Source of the DNA: Alphaproteobacteria bacterium
GTDB taxonomy: Bacteria; Pseudomonadota; Alphaproteobacteria; SP197
Length of the DNA: 64,000 bases
Assembly: GCA_965200745.1 (NCBI GenBank)
Contig: CBDAUZ010000002.1
Location: 287,847-351,846 of the forward strand
Reading direction: 5' to 3'
Below, in pieces: positions 10,141 to 19,239 of this stretch; positions within the stretch are counted from its first letter, which is position 1, and each line of letters starts with the position of its first letter. The translations under genes and the position numbers were made by a program. The notes beneath the pieces are model-generated. The model was not told the origin of the DNA, did not search any database, and saw only the letters and a program-made list of their open reading frames with translations.

Positions 10141-10423
10141 GCTGTTCTGTCGCGAAACTGGTGGCGTCGCGACGTCCTCTCGCAAAGTCGCCCCTCTACA
10201 GTGTTCGGGCAACCCGGAAGCCGAGGCTGTCGCTGCTGGAGCCTGACGCACCCGCGGCCCGGTTCGGGGAGCGCAGGTCCTCCACGAAGCTGCGCCAGGA
10301 GCCGACGCACACGACGCAGTAGCCACATTCCTCCCTTCCTGCCGCCTTCACCCTTGGCGGCGTCCAGTAACTTCCGTCATCCGGTGCTCCAAGGCAGCTT
10401 CCGTGCCAGCAGTCCGTGGTCTG

Positions 10424-10740
10424 TCACCTACCCATAGTCAACTGCGTCCATGACGAGGTGATTGGGCGTGGATTCCGGTGCATGTGTTCCCGATGGCTGG
10501 CGAAGAGCAGGAAGTCTCGCAGTCCCTTCCAGGCGAGTTGGGTAGCCATCATGGCGGCGAAGCGGCGGCTGTCGGCGTCGGACTCGACCTCCACCAGCGC
10601 GATCTTGCCCAAGGCCGCCAGAGTCAGGCGGCTCAGGCGTCCCGCCTTGACCGCGTCCGTGAATCGCTCCATCGTGGCCGTGTCGAACTGCCGCATGCCA
10701 ATCTGCGTGCGGCAGGGATAGACGGACAAATCCGGCGTGT
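10424..10740 (-). pseudogene. Possible remnant of a Tn3-family transposase C-terminus. Antisense to the upstream extension of the PAPS-reductase-like ORF.
   Basis: Minus-strand peptide RLSRLTLAALGKIALVEVESDADSRRFAAMMATQLAWKGLRDFLLFASH loosely resembles the Tn3 TnpA C-terminal region. Lies in a 600 bp very high-GC stretch between two genes. Confidence 0.25.
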
Positions 10741-12244
10741 CGACTATTGTCCTACTGACAGAGCCGGAGGACTGCCAGTGGCGAAACGGACGGGAAACAC
10801 ATTGGCTCAACAGACCGAACACTATACTCGCGAATCGACGAACCTTACAATTTCGGAAGTTGACACTAAGTTACCACAGCACGGTGCGTCAGGGTCGATC
10901 AAGAGATCCTGTTACGCTATTCGCGACGTTCCTAGGCTTGCGGTCTCGAAACGCCTGCGCATACCACCGCCGAATCATGATCCGAGCAAGGAGTACCGGT
11001 TCCGGTATCATGCGAAGAAGCACAGCTCCTTGCCCCATGTCGTCAAGTTCTCCGGAGGTCGCTCAAGCGGCATGCTGCTGTTCGTACTATTGGAGAACGG
11101 ACTGCTCGATGCGTCCCGAGGAGATGTCATCGTCTTCAACAATACCTCCGCTGAACACCCGGACACCTACCGGTTCGTACGTGATTGCATGCACACCGCT
11201 TACCGCTATGGAATCCCGTTCTTCCAATTGGAGTTCCAGACATACGAGGACGCCCGGCAGGGCGAGTGGACCCGGCTGCCGACGTACCGTCTCGTCAACG
11301 GTCGACCGAAATCTGCCACGAACACCGAGGGGTTCCACTGGCGAGGCGAGGTGTTCGAAGAGCTGCTTTCTTGGGCAGGCTACGTCCCGAACCAATTCAA
11401 TCGCATCTGCACGAAACACCTCAAGCTCGACGTAACCCGCAGCTTCTTGAAGGACTGGTTCGCGTCGAAGGCAACAATCCCGCGTCTCGGACACTACGGC
11501 AACCACTCTCGCATGGATCCCGATGCGGCCTTTCGGCGCCATCGGCAGAACCAGGGTGGAGTGCCTGAGGAAATCTTCCTACGAAAGCGCGCCTACGCCT
11601 GGAGCCGGCCTCATGTCCGGCCCGGACAACGCTACGATGACTTCCACCCGGGATGGCAGCCGTTCGAGAACAAGGCACTGAAGGGCAAAACGTTCGGTGA
11701 CAAGGCATGCTTCGGAAACGAAGGCGTGGAATACGTCGCTTTCATCGGGCTTAGGGGTGACGAGCCGCATCGGATCCGACGCGTGGAGGCGCGCAACGAT
11801 ACCGATGCCGGTTACGAAGGCGAGCACGTCTACATGCCGCTTAACGACATGGCGGTGACCCGAGACGACGTCAATGCGTTCTGGGAACGCCAAAGCTGGG
11901 ATCTGGAGCTCCCGGAGGACACGCGCCTTTCCAACTGCGTGTACTGCTTCCTGAAAGGAGCAGCGAACCTGGAAGCTATCCACGCCGAGCTGGACGGTGC
12001 CCGGGACTCCGAGGTGCCCGGATTCGGACCCCTTGCCAACACGCCATGCGATCTGCGTTGGTGGATGAGAATCGAAGCGTTGTACGGTCGGGACCTCCGC
12101 GCCGAGAAGCGCACGATCCGCAGAAAGGGCGCGACACACATCGGGTTCTTCGGAAACCACCCGTTTGCCTATGGAGACCTCGCCTCAGGGCGAAACCTCG
12201 GCGTACTGAGCGAGACGCTGCTGCCATGCGACTGCACAGAATGA
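10478..12244 (+). CDS. PAPS-reductase-family PP-loop ATP pyrophosphatase with a C-terminal Cys cluster (DndC/SspD-like). The true start is probably downstream of the ORF-track start, for example TTG at 11030 just before the PP-loop.
   Basis: PP-loop VVKFSGGRSSGMLLF, the CysH-like GLRGDEPHRIRR motif, and C-terminal NCVYCF...PCDLRWW...PCDC cysteines. The first 260 nt overlap the antisense remnant and have no internal ATG. Confidence 0.75.
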   Translation: MHVFPMAGEEQEVSQSLPGELGSHHGGEAAAVGVGLDLHQRDLAQGRQSQAAQASRLDRVRESLHRGRVELPHANLRAAGIDGQIRRVDYCPTDRAGGLPVAKRTGNTLAQQTEHYTRESTNLTISEVDTKLPQHGASGSIKRSCYAIRDVPRLAVSKRLRIPPPNHDPSKEYRFRYHAKKHSSLPHVVKFSGGRSSGMLLFVLLENGLLDASRGDVIVFNNTSAEHPDTYRFVRDCMHTAYRYGIPFFQLEFQTYEDARQGEWTRLPTYRLVNGRPKSATNTEGFHWRGEVFEELLSWAGYVPNQFNRICTKHLKLDVTRSFLKDWFASKATIPRLGHYGNHSRMDPDAAFRRHRQNQGGVPEEIFLRKRAYAWSRPHVRPGQRYDDFHPGWQPFENKALKGKTFGDKACFGNEGVEYVAFIGLRGDEPHRIRRVEARNDTDAGYEGEHVYMPLNDMAVTRDDVNAFWERQSWDLELPEDTRLSNCVYCFLKGAANLEAIHAELDGARDSEVPGFGPLANTPCDLRWWMRIEALYGRDLRAEKRTIRRKGATHIGFFGNHPFAYGDLASGRNLGVLSETLLPCDCTE

Positions 12245-13401
12245 CCGTCGCGCCTGTCTACCTGGACTATCAGGCCACAACCCCAATCGACCCCGCGGCG
12301 CACGAGGCCATGTTGCCGTTCCTGAGAGATCTATTCGGTAATCCCCATTCAAAAGATCACAGCTTCGGTTGGGAGGCGGCGCGGGCGATCAAGGACGCTC
12401 GAGCAAACGTTGCGGGTTTGATCAATGCAGACGACGACGAGATCGTGTTCACCTCCGGCGCCACCGAATCGTGCAACTTGGCCCTCCGAGGGGTCGCGAA
12501 TCGTTCGGGCAACGGCCGGCGAAATCGAATCGTCACGCTGGCGACAGAACACCCGGCTGTGCTCGAGACGGTTCTGGACCTGGAGCGATCGGGCTTCGAC
12601 GCTATCGTGCTTCCCGTCGAGGCGGACGGTCTCCTGAATCTCGCCCACCTCGACAAGGTGATCGATGAACGGACCCTCATCGTCTCGGCGATGGCTGCGA
12701 ACAACGAGATCGGCGTGCTCCAGCCGAGTGCCGAGATCGCGGCCCGATGTCACGACGCCGGCGCACTGTTCCACACCGATGCGACCCAAGCGGCGGGACG
12801 GATCCCGATCGATGTAGACGACTGGGGCGTCGACCTCCTGAGCTTCTCGGGCCACAAGGTGTATGGACCGAAGGGCGTGGGCGCTCTGTTCGTGCGCTCC
12901 GGCGTGCAACTAAAGCCACTCATTACAGGAGGACCGCAAGAACGGGGGCTTCGAGCGGGAACCCTGCCCCCGGCACTCATTGCCGGGTTCGGCGCTGCAT
13001 GTGAGGTCGCCGTAGCGAGACAGGAGCAAGATCGTGTACAGATGGAGACGCTCACGAAACAACTCCATACGGCTCTGCTCGACGGACATCCTACATTGCG
13101 TCTGTTCGGACACGTCGAGAAGCGACTCCCCGGGAGCCTTAATGTCGGGTTCCCCGGGCTCGCGGCCGAGGAGGTGATCCGCAACATATCCGACCATGTC
13201 GCCGTATCGAGCGGTTCGGCATGCGCATCCGCAACATCGGAGCCCTCTAGGGTGCTGCTGGCATTGGGGCTCGACCCGGAGGTCGCCGCCACCGGACTCC
13301 GGATCAGTCTGGGCCGCTTCACGACGGCGCAGGATGTCGACCGTGCAATCGCAGCACTATCCAAGCTTGCACCCCTCGCTCAACTCCATCACAGAGCTTG
13401 A
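12241..13401 (+). CDS. Cysteine desulfurase (class V aminotransferase, IscS/NifS/DndA/SspA-like)
   Basis: MTVAPVYLDYQATTPIDP start (ATGA overlap with the upstream stop), PLP-lysine motif SFSGHKVYGPKG, active-site SSGSACAS. Confidence 0.88.
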   Translation: MTVAPVYLDYQATTPIDPAAHEAMLPFLRDLFGNPHSKDHSFGWEAARAIKDARANVAGLINADDDEIVFTSGATESCNLALRGVANRSGNGRRNRIVTLATEHPAVLETVLDLERSGFDAIVLPVEADGLLNLAHLDKVIDERTLIVSAMAANNEIGVLQPSAEIAARCHDAGALFHTDATQAAGRIPIDVDDWGVDLLSFSGHKVYGPKGVGALFVRSGVQLKPLITGGPQERGLRAGTLPPALIAGFGAACEVAVARQEQDRVQMETLTKQLHTALLDGHPTLRLFGHVEKRLPGSLNVGFPGLAAEEVIRNISDHVAVSSGSACASATSEPSRVLLALGLDPEVAATGLRISLGRFTTAQDVDRAIAALSKLAPLAQLHHRA

Positions 13402-13406
13402 TCACC

Positions 13407-15425
13407 ATGCCAGGACATATCCCCAATGTTCCCGACTTACGTTTCGGCCCGGGAACGAGCGCAGGCTTTACCCCGGCCGGAGTGGCAGTCTTCGACGATC
13501 TTCGTCCTGCCGCGGTCGTGCGCGAGCTCATCCAGAACGGGTTGGACGCTGCTCGAAATGCGGAGGTCAGTACCGCCGTCGTCCGGTTTCGGCTGACCCG
13601 AGTGTCCCGGGACAAGGTCCCGGGGATTAAGAGCTACGCGAGCGCGTTCACCAAGGCGATGAAGACCCAGGAGGGCATGACCGGCGGACAGCTTAGCGGT
13701 CAGGCGAAACTCACAGCGGAGACGATCCGCAAGGCGCTTGCTCAAGACAAGATGGACGTGCTCTCAATCCTTGACAATGGGGTTGGTCTCAACAAGCAAC
13801 GTATGAACGCGCTCCTGAGCGACGGTGTTAGTGTCAAGGACGGCGCGGCGACTGGGACCTATGGGAACGGACACTCCACCGCCATCCCGGCATCGAACCT
13901 TCGCTATGTGCTATACGGCGGGCTCACCGAAGGTGGAGAACGAATCGGTGCAGGCCACGCCGTGCTCGCCTCTCACTACGAGTCGGGGGATCAACACCAG
14001 CGATCTGGAGACGGCTTCTACATCCGGGATTTTCAAGCAAGCCACAAGACGCTCTACGACTACGCGACCGGGCTCCAGCTTCCCCCGTTGATTGCGGAGG
14101 CACTTGACCTGATCGAAAAGGACACTCCACACGGCACCGCCGTCATCATCCCGGCCTTCAACCACTTTCTCGAAGAGGAAGAGAAGGATCTGTGGTCCAT
14201 GGTCTCGTACGCAGCATCGGCCAACTTCTTCGTCGCCGTCGAAAAGGGAGACCTGGTCGTCATCGTGGAGGACCATCGGTGGGGAGTGGACGAGTGCCCA
14301 CGGACCTTAGATCGGTCAAACCTCGCAGATGTGCTCGACCGACACCGGGACGAGCGACGAGCCAAGGCATTCCTCAACGGACAGCGGGCCTACGAAGCCC
14401 ACAAAATCTACCGATCCAGCGCACCACACCTTGTCGAGACCGATGCCGGCCCGATCGAGATTCGGCTCCGCGAAATCCCTGAAGGTAACACACGTGTCGA
14501 TCTGTGCCGTAACGGAATGTGGATTACCGACAACGTTCCCGTGCTGCGCAGGCAAGGCTTCGCAGATCAGGTCCCTTTCCACGCCATCCTCTCGCTCAAT
14601 GCACTAAAGGAAAGCAATCTGCACAACCTCATACGCCTCGCCGAAGGCCCATTGCACGATGCGATCAACCTCAAGCGGCTCCCAGCATCGCAGCGCAAGG
14701 CATGCCGGAGCGCACTCAAGGAAATCAAGCTATGGATCTTGGGAAACACGCAAGCGGCCAAGTCCGATGCGTATCTGTCAGACGACTTCCTGACTCTCGA
14801 CTTCGGCGACATGGACGGCAGCGGCAGAGCGGTGTTCGGCAATGCGTTCTTTGGCATGCCTGTGCCAATTCGGAAAAGTCCGACGCGCGAACGCCAGCTG
14901 TTCCCCGCCGAGGACGATCTGGAAGAAGGTGGCTCGTCCGGAAAGGGCAAGCGCACGAGGAGGGCAGTCCCGAAGACCGATCGTCGTCGGGAACGGCCAT
15001 CGCTGCCTGCGTTCTTCCAGGCCGCCTCGCGTCCGGCAGGGAAGAACCGGCGTCGGATCTGGATCGAGTGCGAGAAGAGCTGCGCCGACGCGCAGTTGCG
15101 TCTCGTCGTCGATGAGGCATTGGATGCAACATGTGAGCGTCCCGGACAGGACTCCTACATGCCTGCCGTGCTCGACAACGTCACAATCGACGCAAGGCCC
15201 GCCAGCGCCGAGGACCTCGTCCGCTGGAACGACCAAGTGATCGGCGTGCGGTTGGGCAACCTCCCCGAAGGTGCATCAGTCGAGGTCGAGACCGACTACC
15301 AGCTTCTCGGAGATTTCAGAAATCTTTCGGAGCCGTCGCTGCGGGTCGAAGTGTTCAGAACCGAGCAGGACCTCGAGACCGGCACAGGCGCCAGCGACCG
15401 CACAGGACAGGAGGCCGAGCGGTGA
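13407..15425 (+). CDS. GHKL (Bergerat-fold, MORC/MutL/Hsp90-type) ATPase with a basic C-terminal region
   Basis: N-box ELIQNGLDAARNA, G1 box ILDNGVGLN, G2 box GTYGNGHS. The start lies 6 nt after the desulfurase stop (or TTG at 13398 overlapping it). Confidence 0.8.
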   Translation: MPGHIPNVPDLRFGPGTSAGFTPAGVAVFDDLRPAAVVRELIQNGLDAARNAEVSTAVVRFRLTRVSRDKVPGIKSYASAFTKAMKTQEGMTGGQLSGQAKLTAETIRKALAQDKMDVLSILDNGVGLNKQRMNALLSDGVSVKDGAATGTYGNGHSTAIPASNLRYVLYGGLTEGGERIGAGHAVLASHYESGDQHQRSGDGFYIRDFQASHKTLYDYATGLQLPPLIAEALDLIEKDTPHGTAVIIPAFNHFLEEEEKDLWSMVSYAASANFFVAVEKGDLVVIVEDHRWGVDECPRTLDRSNLADVLDRHRDERRAKAFLNGQRAYEAHKIYRSSAPHLVETDAGPIEIRLREIPEGNTRVDLCRNGMWITDNVPVLRRQGFADQVPFHAILSLNALKESNLHNLIRLAEGPLHDAINLKRLPASQRKACRSALKEIKLWILGNTQAAKSDAYLSDDFLTLDFGDMDGSGRAVFGNAFFGMPVPIRKSPTRERQLFPAEDDLEEGGSSGKGKRTRRAVPKTDRRRERPSLPAFFQAASRPAGKNRRRIWIECEKSCADAQLRLVVDEALDATCERPGQDSYMPAVLDNVTIDARPASAEDLVRWNDQVIGVRLGNLPEGASVEVETDYQLLGDFRNLSEPSLRVEVFRTEQDLETGTGASDRTGQEAER

Positions 15426-16288
15426 GCGTCCCGTACACCGTCGAGGCAGTCGCTCCGGGACCCTCCAACGCGGTCCGCTCCCACGACCACCCCGTGCTCG
15501 AGTCAGGGAACCTTTCGTTTCCCGGTGGCCGTTATCTCTTGGACTTCCTTCCCCAAGAGAACCGCTCGTCATTTGTCATCACGCACCGGATCGAGGGCGC
15601 GGCCCTGATCAAGCGCATGCTGGAGGCTGGGCAGGCCCGATACGCCTGCGTAGTCTCTTCGCCGATCTCTTCGTATCGTCGTACGCATCTCTCGAGTGAG
15701 GCCCGGCACCAGGTGGGTTGGAACAGCGACGATCTCGGCGATCCACCGCTGTTCACGCCGATGATCCTCTGCGTCGAGCCGCAGACCATCACGATCGATG
15801 CGGATCGAGACGGCGTACATCGAATCTGGCACAAGCAGCGCATCGATGTACGGAAGGGCTCACGCTTGGCCCTCGGCAGCGTCTTCCAGCTCCAATCGTC
15901 GATTCTTCAGCTCCTGTCACTCGAAGAAGACACGCACCTTGGAGAAGGCCAGTTCTTTGTCGATGTGGGGGAAGAGCCCTTCCGCTTCCGTATCAAACTG
16001 AGCACGGAACTGCACAAATTCCTTCGCTTCCGGAAGGACCCCATCCGAAACCACATCATGACTCACATCGTGACGGCCTGCTTCGCACTGCTCCAGAAGG
16101 AGTACGCCAGCGATGACGGGGATACCGGGTGGCAATCGTTTGGTAACCTCCGGGCTCTGGCCGACCACCTCCAACACGAGGGGCATGTGGACTGGAGCGA
16201 TCAAGAATTTCATCCGGAGAGAGTCGCAACGGCGCTTTACCCGCACAAACTACCCACCGCCGATCTCGAGGCGGAGAGCGACGCATGA
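15422..16288 (+). CDS. Hypothetical protein (288 aa) with no recognisable motif, translationally coupled to the GHKL ATPase
   Basis: GTGA start/stop overlap with the upstream gene. Codon usage matches its neighbours. Confidence 0.6.
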   Translation: MSVPYTVEAVAPGPSNAVRSHDHPVLESGNLSFPGGRYLLDFLPQENRSSFVITHRIEGAALIKRMLEAGQARYACVVSSPISSYRRTHLSSEARHQVGWNSDDLGDPPLFTPMILCVEPQTITIDADRDGVHRIWHKQRIDVRKGSRLALGSVFQLQSSILQLLSLEEDTHLGEGQFFVDVGEEPFRFRIKLSTELHKFLRFRKDPIRNHIMTHIVTACFALLQKEYASDDGDTGWQSFGNLRALADHLQHEGHVDWSDQEFHPERVATALYPHKLPTADLEAESDA

Positions 16289-17148
16289 CATTCAAGGAGT
16301 TGAACGACGCGGAGTACGCCACGTTTCGAAAGGACCTACTTCGCGTCAAAGGCAGCGAACGTCAGACGAAGTTCCTCGGAATCGTCCGAAACAGCGACAC
16401 CTTCCTGGAGCACATGTCGGCCATCTCTACGGAAGGCGCAGTCGATGCAGCGCTCGCTGCCGAAGCGATGACGGAGAACGAGTACAAGGATCCACCGTCG
16501 AGTACCGAGCAAGTCCTGTACACCGCATGGTCTTCACTCACACCGGCGGTCGCTTGCCGCTCCACCTTCTGGGCGAACCTCACGATCGAACACATTCGGA
16601 CCGGCCGAATTCAATCCGCCTACTTGGCTGCCAATGGCGGCAATCTGGCCGGAGGTGCCGAGCGCATCGACTTCGTACTGGACGACACGTACGGTCAGGA
16701 GCCAAAGCAGATCGATAATTGCGTGCGTACCGTCCTGAGACGCCTCGGTGGCTTGCGAGAGGTGCGTGGCAACCGCTCGGTGTACGTCGACTGTCCATTC
16801 GCTCGCGCATGGTGGAGGGAACGCATCGCAACCCAAGCCGGAGGTGGCGACGAGGAAATGGCCTCCTGCGTGCGTACCATCCTCCGTACGAATCAGACGT
16901 ACTGGGAGAAGCTGATCGACCGAATCGTGTTCAGAAACTCGACATTCGGTTCGGAGAACATCCGTAGCGCGTTCGTGAGAGCACTCGCCCAGTGCGTGGA
17001 AACCAATCCATCATCGGAATTCACAAGCTCCACGGATTTGCAGCGGCTGTGCCGTCGCGTGACGACTTACCAGGGTGCCCGGGAACTCAGTATCTTGAGT
17101 CGCACCGAGCTGGATGACCTGATGAGGGCAGTGATCACCGAGGCATGA
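16285..17148 (+). CDS. Hypothetical protein (287 aa) with no recognisable motif. Last gene of the operon.
   Basis: ATGA overlap with the upstream gene. Coding-like composition. Confidence 0.6.
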   Translation: MTFKELNDAEYATFRKDLLRVKGSERQTKFLGIVRNSDTFLEHMSAISTEGAVDAALAAEAMTENEYKDPPSSTEQVLYTAWSSLTPAVACRSTFWANLTIEHIRTGRIQSAYLAANGGNLAGGAERIDFVLDDTYGQEPKQIDNCVRTVLRRLGGLREVRGNRSVYVDCPFARAWWRERIATQAGGGDEEMASCVRTILRTNQTYWEKLIDRIVFRNSTFGSENIRSAFVRALAQCVETNPSSEFTSSTDLQRLCRRVTTYQGARELSILSRTELDDLMRAVITEA

Positions 17149-17418
17149 CGCAAGCATACAGTCAAGAGCGCACCCTCATCACCCGAAGCCTTGCCAATGT
17201 CCGCCATGCTCCGCTCCTCCTTGTGCGTTGAGACAGGGTACAAGGAGATCGTGGCGGGACCCTAGGGCGCAAGCCACGAAACGGAGGTCGTCATTTGGCC
17301 GCTTACGACAACACAACGCAGTGCGGCTTCGGTCTCATGGCGGGAGGAGTTCGTCGCCGGTACATGGCCACCGGCGTTGATCACAGGGCCGGGCTGCGTT
17401 TGCATGCAGGCGTCGTCT

Positions 17419-18534
17419 TCACCGCCCGATCCATGCCGCGCCGTAGTCGTTGCGAGGGTTGCGGTAAATGCTGTGCGCATGGTCTGCCATGGTTGCCCCG
17501 ACGTCATACTGCGGTGAGTACTCGAGGACCAGAGTCGGCCCCGTTACCCGGAAATAGGCGAAGCCCAATGGCTCCTGCGGCCCCCACCATCCGAAACAGG
17601 TCTCGTCTATTCCCGCCCGGACAGCCGCCATCGCCGCTGCGTGGTCGTCATCGTTGATGAAGCCCAGGCGGGTATCGATCAACCCGATCAGCAGCGTCTT
17701 CTGCACGCCGGTGAGGTCGGCGCCCCTGATGCCTTCACACGGTACGAGCGTACCGTACTCGCCTGGACCAAGCAGGGCGTTGATGGCGACGTCGCCGAGA
17801 ATGGCGACCGCCTTCTGCTCGACCGTCAGGCTCCCCAGAAGCGCCTGGGCGGCCGCGGTTTCTTCTTCAGTGACAAAGACCTCTTCGCCATCGTAGCGAA
17901 CATGCAGCGGTTGGCCGCCCGTCAGCATCGGCGAAAAGGTGAGATCCGCGCCGTATATCGTCACATTGAAGGCGAGGTGATGTCCTCCGAACTGAAACAT
18001 CCAGGGCTGCGAAACGGACGGCTCGCCCAGAAACGCCACATAGAAGTGCTGCGATCCGTATCTGAGGAAAGGCACACCGGGCAACCCGTCTTCGGCGGCA
18101 AGCTGGTACTCCACGTTTCGAACGCCTCTTTCACTCAGGATTTCAGCGAGAAGCGCGTCCAGAAGCTCTCTCTGTTCCGCCGACATCTTGCCCAGTTTAA
18201 GGCCGCCGCGCGGGATCATTCCCTCCGGAAAGTTCGACCAGTTGGACCGTTGTACGTTGTCTGAAAACGCATAGGTCGCTGCCTGTTTCTGCGCCGGGTC
18301 CAGCGAAGCCAGGAAGGCGGCAGCGGCTTCCTTGATCGCGCTGGTCTTGGCGTCGGTTTCCCGGTCGACGAACGCGCTCTGCAGCGCAAGATCGACAGGG
18401 CCGACATCGACGCCGAAGAGCAGACCCGTCGTGAAACGCGGGAACAGGATCGAGGCGCCTACCAGCACGGTCAGGACAAGAACCGCTCCTGCCAGGACGA
18501 TGGAAATGCGCCTAATCCAGTTCTTGTGTTTCAT
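17419..18534 (-). CDS. Hypothetical membrane-anchored or secreted protein, possibly DUF3500 family
   Basis: N-terminal transmembrane/signal segment RRISIVLAGAVLVLTVLVGA, 371 aa. The family assignment comes from memory of overall sequence character only. Confidence 0.55.
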   Translation of the reverse strand: MKHKNWIRRISIVLAGAVLVLTVLVGASILFPRFTTGLLFGVDVGPVDLALQSAFVDRETDAKTSAIKEAAAAFLASLDPAQKQAATYAFSDNVQRSNWSNFPEGMIPRGGLKLGKMSAEQRELLDALLAEILSERGVRNVEYQLAAEDGLPGVPFLRYGSQHFYVAFLGEPSVSQPWMFQFGGHHLAFNVTIYGADLTFSPMLTGGQPLHVRYDGEEVFVTEEETAAAQALLGSLTVEQKAVAILGDVAINALLGPGEYGTLVPCEGIRGADLTGVQKTLLIGLIDTRLGFINDDDHAAAMAAVRAGIDETCFGWWGPQEPLGFAYFRVTGPTLVLEYSPQYDVGATMADHAHSIYRNPRNDYGAAWIGR

Positions 18535-19155
18535 GGCGTCGACCGTTTCATTGGCTTGTTGAACTGCTTCGGCATCCGGGCATCCCTGTCCGCCGGCGGC
18601 GCACCCTTCTCCGGAATTCCGCGTTCCGGCATACCCGACAGACGGCGAACCCCTTGCGGTCAGGATGCAGCGTCCCGATCGACATCGAGGCAGGGAGCCG
18701 GACCAGGACCCCTCAGCGGCCTTTCACTGCCGCTGGCGTCGAGCGGTACTTGCCTATGCCGTCGCGCATGGCCAGCATGATCGTCTCCACGCTGCTGCCA
18801 TCGCGACGTCTCCCGGCAGGTACGCTGGCGTACCACCAACCCTGTGTCAAGAAAGGGTAGGGCGACGCCGGTTCTAGGAGTACCGGCACTGCGCGGGTCT
18901 GTTTTCGCGAAGACAAGCGTGCTTCGGGCACAGCTGTGACCTGTTCCGGTACCCGGCGGGCCGGATAAGGTCAGGTCATGACAGCTGTTGTATCCAAGAA
19001 TAATCCGACCTGCAGGGGCCTGTTTACCGGATTATTTCGGACCGGATGTTTTTGAGAATCTGGTGTAGTGCGGGAAGGGTTTCCTGTTTCTCTCCAAGTA
19101 GTAGTATTGATTTGATCTTTTCGGCAGCCTGACCCGCGGGTTTTGGCGTCGTCAG

Positions 19156-19239
19156 GCATTCGGTTTCGAGGCCGCCGCCTGGTACTGGCACTTCGTTGAC
19201 GTGGTGTGGCTCTTCCTGTTCTTCCGCATCTACTGGTGG
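19156..19239 (+). pseudogene. Orphan C-terminal fragment of a haem-copper oxidase subunit III (cox3/cyoC-like), about 28 codons
   Basis: Translation [28 protein letters not shown] equals the highly conserved subunit III C-terminus. No upstream body, and no stop codon at the expected position. Confidence 0.7.

Noticed and set aside
10737-11435. 232 aa ORF in an alternative frame overlapping the DndC-like gene
   Set aside because: No protein-like features, Ser/Thr/Arg-rich. The PP-loop and PAPS-reductase motifs are all in the 10478 frame.
12046-12240. Upstream extension of the cysteine desulfurase ORF
   Set aside because: It overlaps the 3' end of the preceding gene out of frame. The conserved IscS-like N-terminus (VYLDYQATTP) begins right after the ATG at 12241, which overlaps the upstream stop.
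18940-19035. Possible tRNA or tRNA fragment as an island attachment site (inverted-repeat-rich stretch CCGGATAAGGTCAGG...CCTGTTTACCGG)
   Set aside because: No T-loop (GTTCRANYC) or acceptor/anticodon arm geometry could be built. Treated as an unstructured intergenic remnant.
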